A stretch of 64,000 bases of DNA. Origin: Candidatus Microgenomates bacterium (GTDB lineage: Bacteria > Patescibacteriota > Microgenomatia > UBA8517). The position numbers and the translations under genes were made by a program. Below the pieces are notes generated by a model, which saw only the letters and a list, made by a program, of their open reading frames with translations, was not told where the DNA came from and did no database searches. Positions 8,190 through 17,775 of the stretch are shown here, in pieces. Position 1 is the stretch's first letter. Each line of letters begins with the position of its first letter. The stretch lies in assembly GCA_016784385.1 (NCBI GenBank), contig JADHUT010000003.1, positions 2,923 to 66,922 on the forward strand. Direction: 5' to 3'.

Positions 8190-9020
8190 TTACTTTCCAA
8201 TATTCCCTTTTATGTATCCCGCAACCACACCGAACATTTCTATTGCCTTCACAAAAAACATTCCCAAAGATAAAAAGGGATGTGATATCAACTTTTTCCA
8301 TTTCCGGAAAAAAACCGGTCTCAAAAACAAATTTCCCTGCTTAATTGCCATTTCTGGATGCTTTTTAAGGTATACTCCTGCCTTTAGTGAGTAATAAAAT
8401 TTCTTCTTCGCTCTTTTAAATGGAGAGAACTTTTTTTCATTGTGGTGTATAAAACTTTTAACTCTTCCAATTTTTAATCCATCTTTTTTCATTCTGAGGG
8501 GAAGGTCGTAGTCTTCTGGACCAGTTATGTTTTTGTCATAACCCCCAAACTTCAAAAAAACATCTCTTCTGAAAAACCTTGCGGCTTCTATGGATTCTTC
8601 TCCTACATAGAATTCTCTCTCAAAAACTTTGAACTTTGTCCAAAAACCAGTTCCAAACGACTTTTCTGGAACAATAAGTCCCGCTAAATTTTTGTCCTTT
8701 TTAAATTTATTAACACAATCTTTTAAGACACTTGCCTCAAGCTTCATGTCTGCATCAAGAATAATAACGTACTCACCTTTTGAATTTTTTACACCAAAAT
8801 TTCTTTGTATAGATCGTTCTGGACCTTTATTAAAAGTTTTTGCTTTGTATTTTTTAACGATTTCAACAGTTTTATCGGTCGAATTATTGTCAACTAATAT
8901 GATTTCAAAGTTGGAAAAAGTTTGACTTATTAAGCTTTTTAATAATGTTTCAATAACTTCTTCTTCATTCTTGGTGGTTATTACTACAGAAACCAATGGC
9001 TTACTCATATTTCTTGTCAA
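8190..9020 (-). CDS. Glycosyltransferase family 2.
   Basis: VSVVITTKNEEEVIETLLKSLISQT...EIILVDNNSTDKT and a DxD motif in ILDADMKL. Confidence 0.75.
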   Translation of the reverse strand: MTRNMSKPLVSVVITTKNEEEVIETLLKSLISQTFSNFEIILVDNNSTDKTVEIVKKYKAKTFNKGPERSIQRNFGVKNSKGEYVIILDADMKLEASVLKDCVNKFKKDKNLAGLIVPEKSFGTGFWTKFKVFEREFYVGEESIEAARFFRRDVFLKFGGYDKNITGPEDYDLPLRMKKDGLKIGRVKSFIHHNEKKFSPFKRAKKKFYYSLKAGVYLKKHPEMAIKQGNLFLRPVFFRKWKKLISHPFLSLGMFFVKAIEMFGVVAGYIKGNIGK

Positions 9021-9057
9021 ATGATACCATAAAGACTATAATCCTCGATATCTCAAG

Positions 9058-9555
9058 ATGAGCATATTAAATAAAAAAATAAGTGTATTTGTTCTACTGT
9101 TTGTTTTTCTTGTTTCTTTCTCGTCAAATGCTTATGCAAAATCACCAAAAGAATATCATCTAATCCCTCAAAAAACTCTCCCAGGCTCAACTTCGTACAA
9201 CCTAAAACGAGTTAAAGAAAAAGTACTAATGGCACTTTCTTTAACTAGTAAATCGAAATTTGAATATGGACAAATATTGGTCGCCAAGAGAATGTCTGAG
9301 CTGGTAAGTATTGTGGAAAATAAAAATATAAACCAAATACCAAACTCGTCCCAAAGGTTTGCTTACCAAGCTGGACTACTTGCAGAAGCTCACGAAAAGC
9401 TAAAAGATAAAAGAATGGACCAAGTGGTAACACAGTTTACAAATCACAAAAAAACTCTTTCAGACCTGAGAGACAACTACCCTTCTAATTCGGCACATTG
9501 GCTGTATATGCAACAAGACATTGACACCCTAGATATACTTATAGACAAGTTATAA
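9058..9555 (+). CDS. Small secreted protein with a signal peptide, function unknown.
   Basis: N-terminal hydrophobic signal ISVFVLLFVFLVSFSSNAYA followed by a K/E-rich helical region. Transcribed divergently from the upstream GT2. Confidence 0.5.
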   Translation: MSILNKKISVFVLLFVFLVSFSSNAYAKSPKEYHLIPQKTLPGSTSYNLKRVKEKVLMALSLTSKSKFEYGQILVAKRMSELVSIVENKNINQIPNSSQRFAYQAGLLAEAHEKLKDKRMDQVVTQFTNHKKTLSDLRDNYPSNSAHWLYMQQDIDTLDILIDKL

Positions 9556-9565
9556 ACTAATTCAT

Positions 9566-10495
9566 ATGAAAAAGGTTGATATATCGTTCGTAATACCAGC
9601 AAAAGACGAGCAAAAAAATGTTTCTCTTTTATATAAGGAGTTAACATTTGTTTTAAGAAAGATTGGAAAAAGTTATGAAATAATTTTTGTCGATGATGGA
9701 AGTTCCGACAGAACCTATGGCGAAATTAATTCGCTCATAAAGAAAGATTCAAAAGTTAAAGTTATAAAGCATCGTGGGAACTGGGGAAAATCCATAGCTC
9801 TACAAAACGGATTCATAGCCTCTAGTGGTGAAATTATAATAACCATGGACGCAGACCTTCAAGATAATCCGAGAGACATACCAAAGTTTATTGAAAAAAT
9901 AGAAAAAGGTTTTGATTTGGTCGTTGGGTGGAAAAAGAAAAGATACGATCCGATGACAAAAACGCTCCCTTCAAAAATAGGCAACTTTTTAACAAGATTG
10001 TTCACAAAAGTATCTGTACATGATTTGAATTGTGGTTTTAAAGCATACAAGCGTAGTGTGGTTGAAAACTTGAACCTTTATGGAGAAATGTACAAATACA
10101 TACCCGTTCTAGCCGAAAAGCAAAACTTCAAGGTTGGGGAAGTAATAATTAATCACAGAAAAAGAAAGTACGGAAAAAGTAAATTTGGATGGGAAAGAAA
10201 CCTAAAAGGACTTTTGGACCTAATAACAGTTGTCTTTCTGACCGGGTATTTGAGAAAGCCTGGTCATTTTTTTGGAACACTAGGGGCTTTCTCGTTTTTA
10301 TCAGGTTTTTTTATTGGCCTTTACATAACATTTCTAAGGATAACTACTGGTGGCATAGAATATCGATATCCCCTGCTTTTTTTGGGTGTTCTTTTAATGG
10401 TAATTGGGGTCCAATTTGTTTCAACAGGGCTACTTGCAGAAACAATAATTTACTCTTCTAAAAAAATCGATTATAAATCGAGCATCGAACAATAA
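9566..10495 (+). CDS. Polyprenol-phosphate sugar synthase (GT2, GtrB/DPM1/ArnC-like) with a C-terminal two-helix membrane anchor.
   Basis: ISFVIPAKDEQKNV...EIIFVDDGSSDRT, a DxD motif in MDADLQDNP, and the C-terminal TM pair HFFGTLGAFSFLSGFFIGLYITFL ... LLFLGVLLMVIGVQFVSTGLLAE typical of GtrB-like enzymes. Confidence 0.75.
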   Translation: MKKVDISFVIPAKDEQKNVSLLYKELTFVLRKIGKSYEIIFVDDGSSDRTYGEINSLIKKDSKVKVIKHRGNWGKSIALQNGFIASSGEIIITMDADLQDNPRDIPKFIEKIEKGFDLVVGWKKKRYDPMTKTLPSKIGNFLTRLFTKVSVHDLNCGFKAYKRSVVENLNLYGEMYKYIPVLAEKQNFKVGEVIINHRKRKYGKSKFGWERNLKGLLDLITVVFLTGYLRKPGHFFGTLGAFSFLSGFFIGLYITFLRITTGGIEYRYPLLFLGVLLMVIGVQFVSTGLLAETIIYSSKKIDYKSSIEQ

Positions 10496-12697
10496 CTACT
10501 TGAGGGGATCCAATCCCTTAATCTCAATTTGTGGAGATTTAACTAAACATGAGTTCTCAGACCTCGGTTCTACTGTTATATAACGAGCCTTTCTTGCTGG
10601 AAACAAAAAAATAAATGTATCCTCATCAAATATCGGGGAAACCGGTGGAACCTGTGCTACCATTGGATCTGCTTCATAATCCCACACAACACCGTCTAGT
10701 GATGTAGCAACATGGCCGCCAGATATTGGATCACAACCAAAAGCAGAATGTTCAACTTTCAAACTAGTTACAAATATTTCCTCACCTATGTCAATCTGAA
10801 GGCTGTTTTCTAAATAATTCACATTTTTTGCATAAAACACTTTTTCTTTTTCATAGCCTTTTTTTGTATGCTCCAAATCATTTTTCCAAATTTTAAGAAG
10901 AGGGACACCATCAACTTGTGCCACATAAACTGGTTCAAGATAGGTTTCCATATACTGAAAGCTGTACCATTTTCTAGGAAACCATTCAAAATCCATCTCC
11001 ATCTCATATTCACCCTCTCTATTTGTCCCGCTCCAATGCCCGTTGAAAAACTTTATATCTGCCCTTAGTTTTTGTCTTGGAACATTACCCATTGTTGCTA
11101 TTGCAAGTCCCAATTTCGCATTTGGCTCCGCATTTTCATTCAACCACTCAACACCTTGTAAATACACATTCCCATAAGTGTTGCCCCAGTATGGAATATT
11201 TCTTTCCCTAGCACCTCTGATTCCCCCAATTAACTGATTAAAATACACATTTTGGTTTGGATGGATTCTGACCATCTCAAACACAACAAAGAATAAAGAC
11301 AATAATATCAAGGTTTTTATTAAAATTTCAGCAAATACTTTCTTTCTAAAAAACTTTCTAGTTAATTGAATTAGCCATAAAGCACCAATCCCAGATAAAA
11401 TTGCCATTGGGGGGACATATTCCATTATCTGTCTTACTCCTCCATAAATTGTGGTGTTTGGCCAAGAAACCCTTAGAATTGGTATTATTATCCAAAGTAG
11501 TACTAAGAAAGAAAAATCATCTCCCCTGAATACTTTAATTGTGGATTTTATAAATCCAAAAAAGGTCAACACTAAAACAGGTATTGGGGTTGTATATATT
11601 ATCCAGACAACAGGATAAGTATTCCAACCATTTTTGAGATATGAAGCCATTTCTCCAGGCGTACCGACACCAATTTGCTTGTAAAAACCGAAAATTTTGT
11701 CAATATTTGACCACGTATTTTCCCACAAAAAAGGCCATAGACTGAAAAACACGCCAAATGCCAAAAGTGGAACAAATAAAGTTACCATCCAAATCAATGT
11801 ATTTTTTCTTAAATATATAAATTTACTATTTTTTGTTTTTCTGGAAATTAATTCTTTAACAAAATAAAACAAAAACCACGGACCAATTATGAGAGGTAAA
11901 AACAAAGTGTTAAATTTCACTCCAGTTGCAAGACCTAAAAACAATGAAGAGGATAATATATACAAAACTTTTCTTTTTGTAATTCCTAAATAGAGAAAAA
12001 TTATTGTCAAACCATAAAAAGAAGCCAGCATGGGGTCCTTTATATTAAAGTGGGATTCTGAAAAAAATAAAGGGTATGAGGAAATTACAAAAGATGCCAC
12101 AACAGAAGCAAAAATACCAAATTTTTTGTAAACAAGAAGTGCTACTGCCAGAACTATTAGAAATGCCGACAATACCTCAGCTAAGTGATGAGATTCCAAA
12201 TCCCCCATTATTCCAAGTCTTTGATAAAACACGTCATTTGTTAGTGCTGCCAAAATCCCACCTACAGGAGGATGCCCCTCATCAAGTTTTTTGAAATCAC
12301 TGTACGGATATGTATCAAACTGAAAAAAACTTCTTCTGGTCTTTTTATCTTTTTGCAATTCATCAATAGCCTCTTGATACACAGGAGCACTATCATCTGA
12401 TTCCAAAATATCTGCAATACCACTTGGAGAAAGATAACAATTTCTTTTTATCCACTTAGGACAATCTGTGCTTAATCTTGGATATGCCTCTAAATCTGAA
12501 TAATCTTCATTACCAGTTGTCAAAAAATGAAAATAGGCTTGTCCTCTCATGAAATGAATAGGTTCATCCCAATTGAAACCATAATCTCCAAGAGTAGCAA
12601 TCCCTACCACTAAAAAAATAATAGGAACAAGTAGAATCATCCAAATCTTAGAAACTTTAATTATGAATTTACTTAACTTCATATATCCCAATAACAC
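10496..12697 (-). CDS. Large polytopic GT-C-like membrane protein with a C-terminal discoidin (F5/8 type C, galactose-binding-like) domain. The true start is probably an internal Met, for example MKLSKF.
   Basis: The N-terminal half has about 12 predicted TM helices with a DE-type first loop (YGFNWDEPIHFMRGQAYFHF). The C-terminal ~130 aa are beta-rich and end ...GVVWDYEADPMVAQ...ARYITVEPRSENSCLV, which is discoidin-like. The longest ORF overlaps the upstream MTase by 29 nt. Confidence 0.55.
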   Translation of the reverse strand: MLLGYMKLSKFIIKVSKIWMILLVPIIFLVVGIATLGDYGFNWDEPIHFMRGQAYFHFLTTGNEDYSDLEAYPRLSTDCPKWIKRNCYLSPSGIADILESDDSAPVYQEAIDELQKDKKTRRSFFQFDTYPYSDFKKLDEGHPPVGGILAALTNDVFYQRLGIMGDLESHHLAEVLSAFLIVLAVALLVYKKFGIFASVVASFVISSYPLFFSESHFNIKDPMLASFYGLTIIFLYLGITKRKVLYILSSSLFLGLATGVKFNTLFLPLIIGPWFLFYFVKELISRKTKNSKFIYLRKNTLIWMVTLFVPLLAFGVFFSLWPFLWENTWSNIDKIFGFYKQIGVGTPGEMASYLKNGWNTYPVVWIIYTTPIPVLVLTFFGFIKSTIKVFRGDDFSFLVLLWIIIPILRVSWPNTTIYGGVRQIMEYVPPMAILSGIGALWLIQLTRKFFRKKVFAEILIKTLILLSLFFVVFEMVRIHPNQNVYFNQLIGGIRGARERNIPYWGNTYGNVYLQGVEWLNENAEPNAKLGLAIATMGNVPRQKLRADIKFFNGHWSGTNREGEYEMEMDFEWFPRKWYSFQYMETYLEPVYVAQVDGVPLLKIWKNDLEHTKKGYEKEKVFYAKNVNYLENSLQIDIGEEIFVTSLKVEHSAFGCDPISGGHVATSLDGVVWDYEADPMVAQVPPVSPIFDEDTFIFLFPARKARYITVEPRSENSCLVKSPQIEIKGLDPLK

Positions 12698-13316
12698 TAA
12701 GCATGTCCAACTTCTTCATTTTCTCCTTAAATCCCAAATTAACTAGTTTTTTGAAAAACGACTTCTCCGTGCGTAACCAATGTTTCATGAAGTCAATTTC
12801 TTTCAAGTAAGAATCCCTTCTATTTTTAAGAAGTGGTATATATTTTCCAATGGACCATTCACAAAGCTTGTCGTAGATATTTCTAACCAAAGAATTGTGT
12901 GGCTCAATGAAGCACAATCTACCCTTTGGTTTTAATACTCTTTTTATTTCCAAAAGACTTTTTGAATAACCCATTAAATGATGAAACACTGAATCCACAA
13001 GCACCACGTCAAAACTATTATCCTTAAATGGCAGCTTTTCAGCTGAAGCTTTGTAAAACTTTATCTTTGGATTAATACTTTTTGCATTTTTAACAAGTTT
13101 ACTTGATATATCAACACCAACTATATTTTTAACTCCTTTTTTTACAAGAATAGAAGTGTTCAAACCATCTCCACACCCAAGATCTAGTACTTTTTGTTTC
13201 TTTCCAATTTTAAATACGGAAAGCCTTTCTTCTCTTTTTCCGAGGTTTCTACGTGTTTTAACACATGCCATTTCCCATTCTTTGGTTTGTTTAGGTAAAT
13301 TGGTTGTTTTTTTCAT
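12669..13316 (-). CDS. Class I SAM-dependent methyltransferase.
   Basis: Motif I VLDLGCGDGLNTSILVKKG. Confidence 0.7.
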   Translation of the reverse strand: MKKTTNLPKQTKEWEMACVKTRRNLGKREERLSVFKIGKKQKVLDLGCGDGLNTSILVKKGVKNIVGVDISSKLVKNAKSINPKIKFYKASAEKLPFKDNSFDVVLVDSVFHHLMGYSKSLLEIKRVLKPKGRLCFIEPHNSLVRNIYDKLCEWSIGKYIPLLKNRRDSYLKEIDFMKHWLRTEKSFFKKLVNLGFKEKMKKLDMLSVIGIYEVK

Positions 13317-13398
13317 ATTAAACTCAATAAGAAAACAGTTTACATTATGTTCACTAAAAGAGCTATTATAATTGAATTATTTACAGGAAATAATTAAT

Positions 13399-14100
13399 TT
13401 ATGCTATATAGTTTTTTTCAATCTGGCTTAATAAATAATTGGGGATATTTTTGGGCTCACCCACTTGTGTTTGAACCTCTGGAGGTAATTTTTCAAAAAT
13501 CTCTTGCTCGACCATAAACCCAAGTTCTCTTTCTTTGTCCCAATATTGTCCTCCCAATCTGGCTGTTAAAGCCTTATCCTTATTTAAGTCCTGTCTTTTT
13601 TCCTCAACTTCATCAATTCGTTTTTCAAGTTCAACAACTCCGGTATCGCTTACTATGTCGTCAACATAAAACTGAAGGCGTTCCATAAAAGTAGAGTCCT
13701 CTTTAACCAAAGCTTTTTCGATAAAATCAGGACCAGTGGCATCCATCAGTTTCTGATCCGGCTTAACACTTTTTAATAATTTTTCGGCAAGAGATTTTTC
13801 TGTTTCATTAAAATTGCCAGGTTTAATTTTGAGCCTCTTCTCCCAATCATGGCACGCTGCTACATTTTTCAATGTATTTTTATCTTCAGTTGGTAATTTC
13901 AAAAGATCTGTAAGTTTGTCAACTACTGCCACCTGAACTAAACAATGTTCAGCCACATTTCTCCATTTATCTTTTTTGGAAAGTTTTCCACCTCTAAAAA
14001 GTAATCTCATTCCTGGATAAACGGACCATGCTAAACCTTGAAAGTAATTAGTTCTACCTATTTCTTTCGCAGACTTGGTTTCAGCTTGGGTTTCAGCCAT
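13399..14100 (-). CDS. HD-domain phosphohydrolase-like protein.
   Basis: NVAEHCLVQVAVV (H) ... AACHDWEKR (HD) spacing, and by eye a somewhat higher GC content than its neighbours. Confidence 0.5.
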   Translation of the reverse strand: MAETQAETKSAKEIGRTNYFQGLAWSVYPGMRLLFRGGKLSKKDKWRNVAEHCLVQVAVVDKLTDLLKLPTEDKNTLKNVAACHDWEKRLKIKPGNFNETEKSLAEKLLKSVKPDQKLMDATGPDFIEKALVKEDSTFMERLQFYVDDIVSDTGVVELEKRIDEVEEKRQDLNKDKALTARLGGQYWDKERELGFMVEQEIFEKLPPEVQTQVGEPKNIPNYLLSQIEKNYIA

Positions 14101-14237
14101 TGTTAATGAGAATCATATCAATTATAGATATTAATCACAACAATACACGAAGTTCTTGTCTAAATTCCTCCCACGTTCATTGACGCATAGCCATATTAGT
14201 TATATCATTTGAAACAATATAAAATATAAATAAAGAT
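14101..14237 (+). promoter_or_regulatory. Divergent intergenic region, probably holding the promoter for the plus-strand cupin/aminotransferase/GT4/MTase operon (and the minus-strand HD gene).
   Basis: At 137 bp it is the largest clean intergenic gap in the window and sits at a strand switch. It contains a TTGACG ... TATATC/TATAAAAT-like -35/-10 candidate, ttgacgcatagccatattagttatatcatt, upstream of 14238. Confidence 0.3.
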
Positions 14238-14639
14238 ATGATAACTGAAACCATTAAAGACGGAAAAAAAGTGTTAGCAATAATAATTAAGGGTAATACT
14301 GTAAGAAAATACCAATTCTTCTCGCCCGAAAACTTTCCACTTCAAATTGGTGCAGTAGGTAAAAAAAGTGGAGACAAGATACGGGCTCACTTGCACAATG
14401 AACCACTAAGAACTGTTAGAACAACACAGGAGTTTTTATATATAGAAAAAGGGAAAGTAAGGGTCTCCATTTATAACGATAGTGGAAAAGTCATTGCAAA
14501 AAGAGTACTAAAACAAGGTGACAAAATACTTTCTGCTGCGGGTGGACATGGATTTGAAATACTTGAAGACACAGTATTTTTTGAAGTCAAACAAGGACCA
14601 TACCCAGGTTATGATAAAGCCAAAACCTATCTTGAATAA
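14238..14639 (+). CDS. Cupin-fold protein, possibly an FdtA/WxcM-like sugar 3,4-ketoisomerase.
   Basis: 133 aa beta-rich protein with His pairs (AHLHNEP, GGHGFE) in a cupin arrangement. It sits immediately upstream of a DegT aminotransferase, as FdtA-FdtB pairs do. Confidence 0.4.
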   Translation: MITETIKDGKKVLAIIIKGNTVRKYQFFSPENFPLQIGAVGKKSGDKIRAHLHNEPLRTVRTTQEFLYIEKGKVRVSIYNDSGKVIAKRVLKQGDKILSAAGGHGFEILEDTVFFEVKQGPYPGYDKAKTYLE

Positions 14640-14644
14640 CACAA

Positions 14645-15766
14645 ATGATTCCAGTAAATGAACCACACATTTCCAAAAACGCCCTAAAATATGTTTCCGA
14701 CTGCGTAAAGACTGGATGGATTTCTTCATCTGGTAAATATATAAAAGAATTTGAAAAAAAGTTTGCAAAATTTATTGGGGTAAAGCACGCAATTACAACA
14801 ACAAGTGGAACGACAGCACTGCACCTAGCCCTTGTCTCTTTAGGTATTAAAAAAGGTGACGAAGTAATAATACCATCACATACAATGATGGCGTCTGCAG
14901 CAGCAGTTATCTACACCGGGGCTACTCCAGTTTTTGTTGATGTACAACGAGATACATGGAATATGGAAGTAAAAAAAATTGAAAAACTAATTTCTAAAAA
15001 AACTAAAGCTATAATGCCAGTACACATTTATGGATTACCGGTCGACATGGATCCTGTAATGGCTTTAGCAAAAAAATACAACTTATATGTAATTGAAGAT
15101 GCGGCAGAAAGCTTGGGGGCAAAATACAACAAAAAAATGACAGGATCAATTGGAGACGTTGGCTGCTTTAGTTTTTATGCAAATAAAATCATTACAACAG
15201 GAGAGGGGGGAATGGTGGTAACCAATAGTGATAAATTGGCAGGAGTTGCAAGAGAGCTTAAAGATCTTGCACACTCACCAAAACGTCGTTTTTTACACAA
15301 CAAAATTGGATACAACTACAGAATGACCAATATGCAAGCAGCTTTGGGAGTTGCCCAACTTGAGGAAGTAAAAAAATATATAGAGAAAAAGAAATGGATG
15401 GCTTCGGAATATAACAAAAAACTGTCAAAAATTGAAGGAATATCATTACCAACAGAATCAAAAAAATCAACCAATGTTTATTGGATGTATGCCATATTAA
15501 TTGAAGATAGTTTTGGAATAAAAAGAGATGAATTTATGAAAAGATTATTTGAAAAAGGGGTTGATACAAGAACTTTTTTCATCTCAATGCACACTCAGCC
15601 CGCAATAACAAAGTTAGGTTTTGGTAAACATGCCAAATGTTCAATATCGGAAGAGATAGAACAAAAAGGTTTATACTTACCATCGGGACTTGCAATAACA
15701 AAAAAACAAATAAATACAGTTTGCAAAGCTATATATGAAATCAAAAAAGAAATTTCAAAAAAATAA
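14645..15766 (+). CDS. PLP-dependent sugar aminotransferase of the DegT/DnrJ/EryC1/ArnB family.
   Basis: N-terminal EPHISKNALKYVSDCVKTGWISSSGKYIKEFEKKFAKFIG and the active-site lysine region FSFYANKIITTGEGGMV. Confidence 0.85.
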   Translation: MIPVNEPHISKNALKYVSDCVKTGWISSSGKYIKEFEKKFAKFIGVKHAITTTSGTTALHLALVSLGIKKGDEVIIPSHTMMASAAAVIYTGATPVFVDVQRDTWNMEVKKIEKLISKKTKAIMPVHIYGLPVDMDPVMALAKKYNLYVIEDAAESLGAKYNKKMTGSIGDVGCFSFYANKIITTGEGGMVVTNSDKLAGVARELKDLAHSPKRRFLHNKIGYNYRMTNMQAALGVAQLEEVKKYIEKKKWMASEYNKKLSKIEGISLPTESKKSTNVYWMYAILIEDSFGIKRDEFMKRLFEKGVDTRTFFISMHTQPAITKLGFGKHAKCSISEEIEQKGLYLPSGLAITKKQINTVCKAIYEIKKEISKK

Positions 15767-17012
15767 ACTTCCTGTATTTCTTATTAGTGGAAAGTCGCCA
15801 GTAACTAAACCAGGAGGTTACGCCGCCTACTCTCATAATTTAGCAAAGGTATTTATCAAGTTGGGGCATAAAGTTTACATAATTGCCCAAGGGGACAAAA
15901 ATAATATAACTAAAACTAAAATTGGAGATGAACACTTAGTAAACTCGAGCTTAATAGACAAGTTGCCATTTTTCAAATCACTAGAACTAGCCGCTCTTCC
16001 TTTTTTTTCGTATTTGTTTGTAAAGGAAATTGAAAAAATTATAGTAAAGAACAAAATTGATAAATTTATTGTTTGGGGTGCTGGACCATGGTCATATGCT
16101 GGCGTCTCTATAAAAAACAAATTTAAAAACAGAGTTAAATTTATAGTGAGTTACTTCACTACATTTCCTCATGAAATGAGGGGGTCGTACAATGCAATTA
16201 ATGTCGCCGACTATGGTTTTGTTACCAAATTAAAATACTTTGTAGTTTTAAATGTTGTTGCAAAAATGTACGCAAGGCTTGAAAACTCAATTGTGCACAC
16301 CTGCGACATTGTTGCTTGTCATTACAATTCTACAAAAAAGATATTAAAAAAAGAATTTTCCCTACCTAATAAAAAAATGAATAAAATTGCCTACTATGTT
16401 GAAATTTTTCAAAGAAATGACAAAAAAACAAAAGAGGATTTAAAACTTGAAAAGAGTTTATCCAAAGTTTTTAAAACAAAAAAAACTCTTGTCATAATAT
16501 GCAGACAAGACCCAAGAAAAGGAATCAATTTTCTATTAAGAGCTTTTAAAACTGTTAGAGAAAAAACAGACAATATTAAACTAATAATGGTTGGTTCAGG
16601 GTCCATGTTCAAGTCAAATCAAAAACTTGCAAAAAAACTTGGTATAAGCAGTGACGTCATTTTTACCGGGTTTGTGTCTGACTTTAAAACTATACTCAAA
16701 AAATCTGATGTGTTTGTTTTCCCAGCAGTTGAGGAAGGAAGTGGTTCTCTTTCAATCTTAGAAGCCATGAAGGAAGGTAAGGCAATAATCACCACTAAAT
16801 GTGATGGAATACCAGAAGACATTGTAAATAGAAAAGATGGTATTTTGGTTCCAATGTTGGATGAACACTCTTTATCAGATGCAATTCTGGAGGTCATTAA
16901 TAACCCAAAATTAATTAAAAAGCTTGGAAACAATGCAAAAAAAGCATATATCTCAAAATTTAGTTTTGATTACATGAAGAAAGATGTTGAGAAACTACTC
17001 TCCACCATATGA
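15735..17012 (+). CDS. Glycosyltransferase family 4. The start may be a downstream Met, because the longest ORF overlaps the aminotransferase by 32 nt.
   Basis: GT4 C-terminal motif EAMKEGKAIITTKCDGIPEDIV. Confidence 0.7.
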   Translation: MKSKKKFQKNKLPVFLISGKSPVTKPGGYAAYSHNLAKVFIKLGHKVYIIAQGDKNNITKTKIGDEHLVNSSLIDKLPFFKSLELAALPFFSYLFVKEIEKIIVKNKIDKFIVWGAGPWSYAGVSIKNKFKNRVKFIVSYFTTFPHEMRGSYNAINVADYGFVTKLKYFVVLNVVAKMYARLENSIVHTCDIVACHYNSTKKILKKEFSLPNKKMNKIAYYVEIFQRNDKKTKEDLKLEKSLSKVFKTKKTLVIICRQDPRKGINFLLRAFKTVREKTDNIKLIMVGSGSMFKSNQKLAKKLGISSDVIFTGFVSDFKTILKKSDVFVFPAVEEGSGSLSILEAMKEGKAIITTKCDGIPEDIVNRKDGILVPMLDEHSLSDAILEVINNPKLIKKLGNNAKKAYISKFSFDYMKKDVEKLLSTI

Positions 17013-17773
17013 AAAAGGTACAAAGTCTGGGAAACTCGTCTTATTCAATTTCTCACAAAAGTGTTTTAATAAAAAAAGACAGGGAAAGAGTGGGTGGACA
17101 ACTCGTAGCAATACTCCAAGATCATTTTGGGAAAAAATCTTTTAAAAACTTAAAAACCTTAGATGTAGGTTGTTCTGGTGGTACTATAACAAATTTGATA
17201 TCAAACTACACAGGAAAAATGGTGGGTATTGACATAGATGAACATGCTATAAAACAAGCGTCACTGAGCTATGGAAACAAAAAAAATCTTTCCTTTAAAC
17301 ATACAATAGGTATAAATATTCCATACACTGATAAATCTTTTGACTTGGTAGTTTGCAATCAAGTCTACTCGTATACAACCAAACCAAATGGATTAATAAG
17401 TGAAATATACAGAGTTTTAAAACAAGGTGGCACTTGCTTGTTCACTGGTGATAATCTACTTAGACCAATTGAACCTCTATATAAACTCCCACTAATTCGC
17501 TGGCTACCCAATAGAGTGGTTAAACATATTTTGAAAAAAAGAGGTTATAAAAATATTTATATAGGTAAATATAAAACATATTGGGGATTAGTTAAAATGT
17601 GCAGAATATTCACCATTAAGGATTACACAACAAAAGTTTTAAAGAATCCAAAAAAATATAAATTTTCAAAATTATATAAATACGAGAAATTACTCAAAAG
17701 AACTCCAAAACCAATATTTAAATTGTTTGAGCCACTATTCCCAACATTTGTATTTATACTGGAAAAGAGATAG
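17009..17773 (+). CDS. Class I SAM-dependent methyltransferase.
   Basis: TLDVGCSGGTITNLI motif I. Overlaps the preceding GT4 stop by 4 nt. Confidence 0.65.
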   Translation: MKKVQSLGNSSYSISHKSVLIKKDRERVGGQLVAILQDHFGKKSFKNLKTLDVGCSGGTITNLISNYTGKMVGIDIDEHAIKQASLSYGNKKNLSFKHTIGINIPYTDKSFDLVVCNQVYSYTTKPNGLISEIYRVLKQGGTCLFTGDNLLRPIEPLYKLPLIRWLPNRVVKHILKKRGYKNIYIGKYKTYWGLVKMCRIFTIKDYTTKVLKNPKKYKFSKLYKYEKLLKRTPKPIFKLFEPLFPTFVFILEKR

Positions 17774-17775
17774 TT

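Noticed and set aside
13399-15766. The HD-domain gene and the cupin/DegT block look slightly GC-richer, which could indicate a horizontally transferred island.
   Set aside because: The difference is judged only by eye and lies within the normal gene-to-gene variation of this window. A windowed GC/codon-usage computation would be needed, so I did not call it a mobile element.
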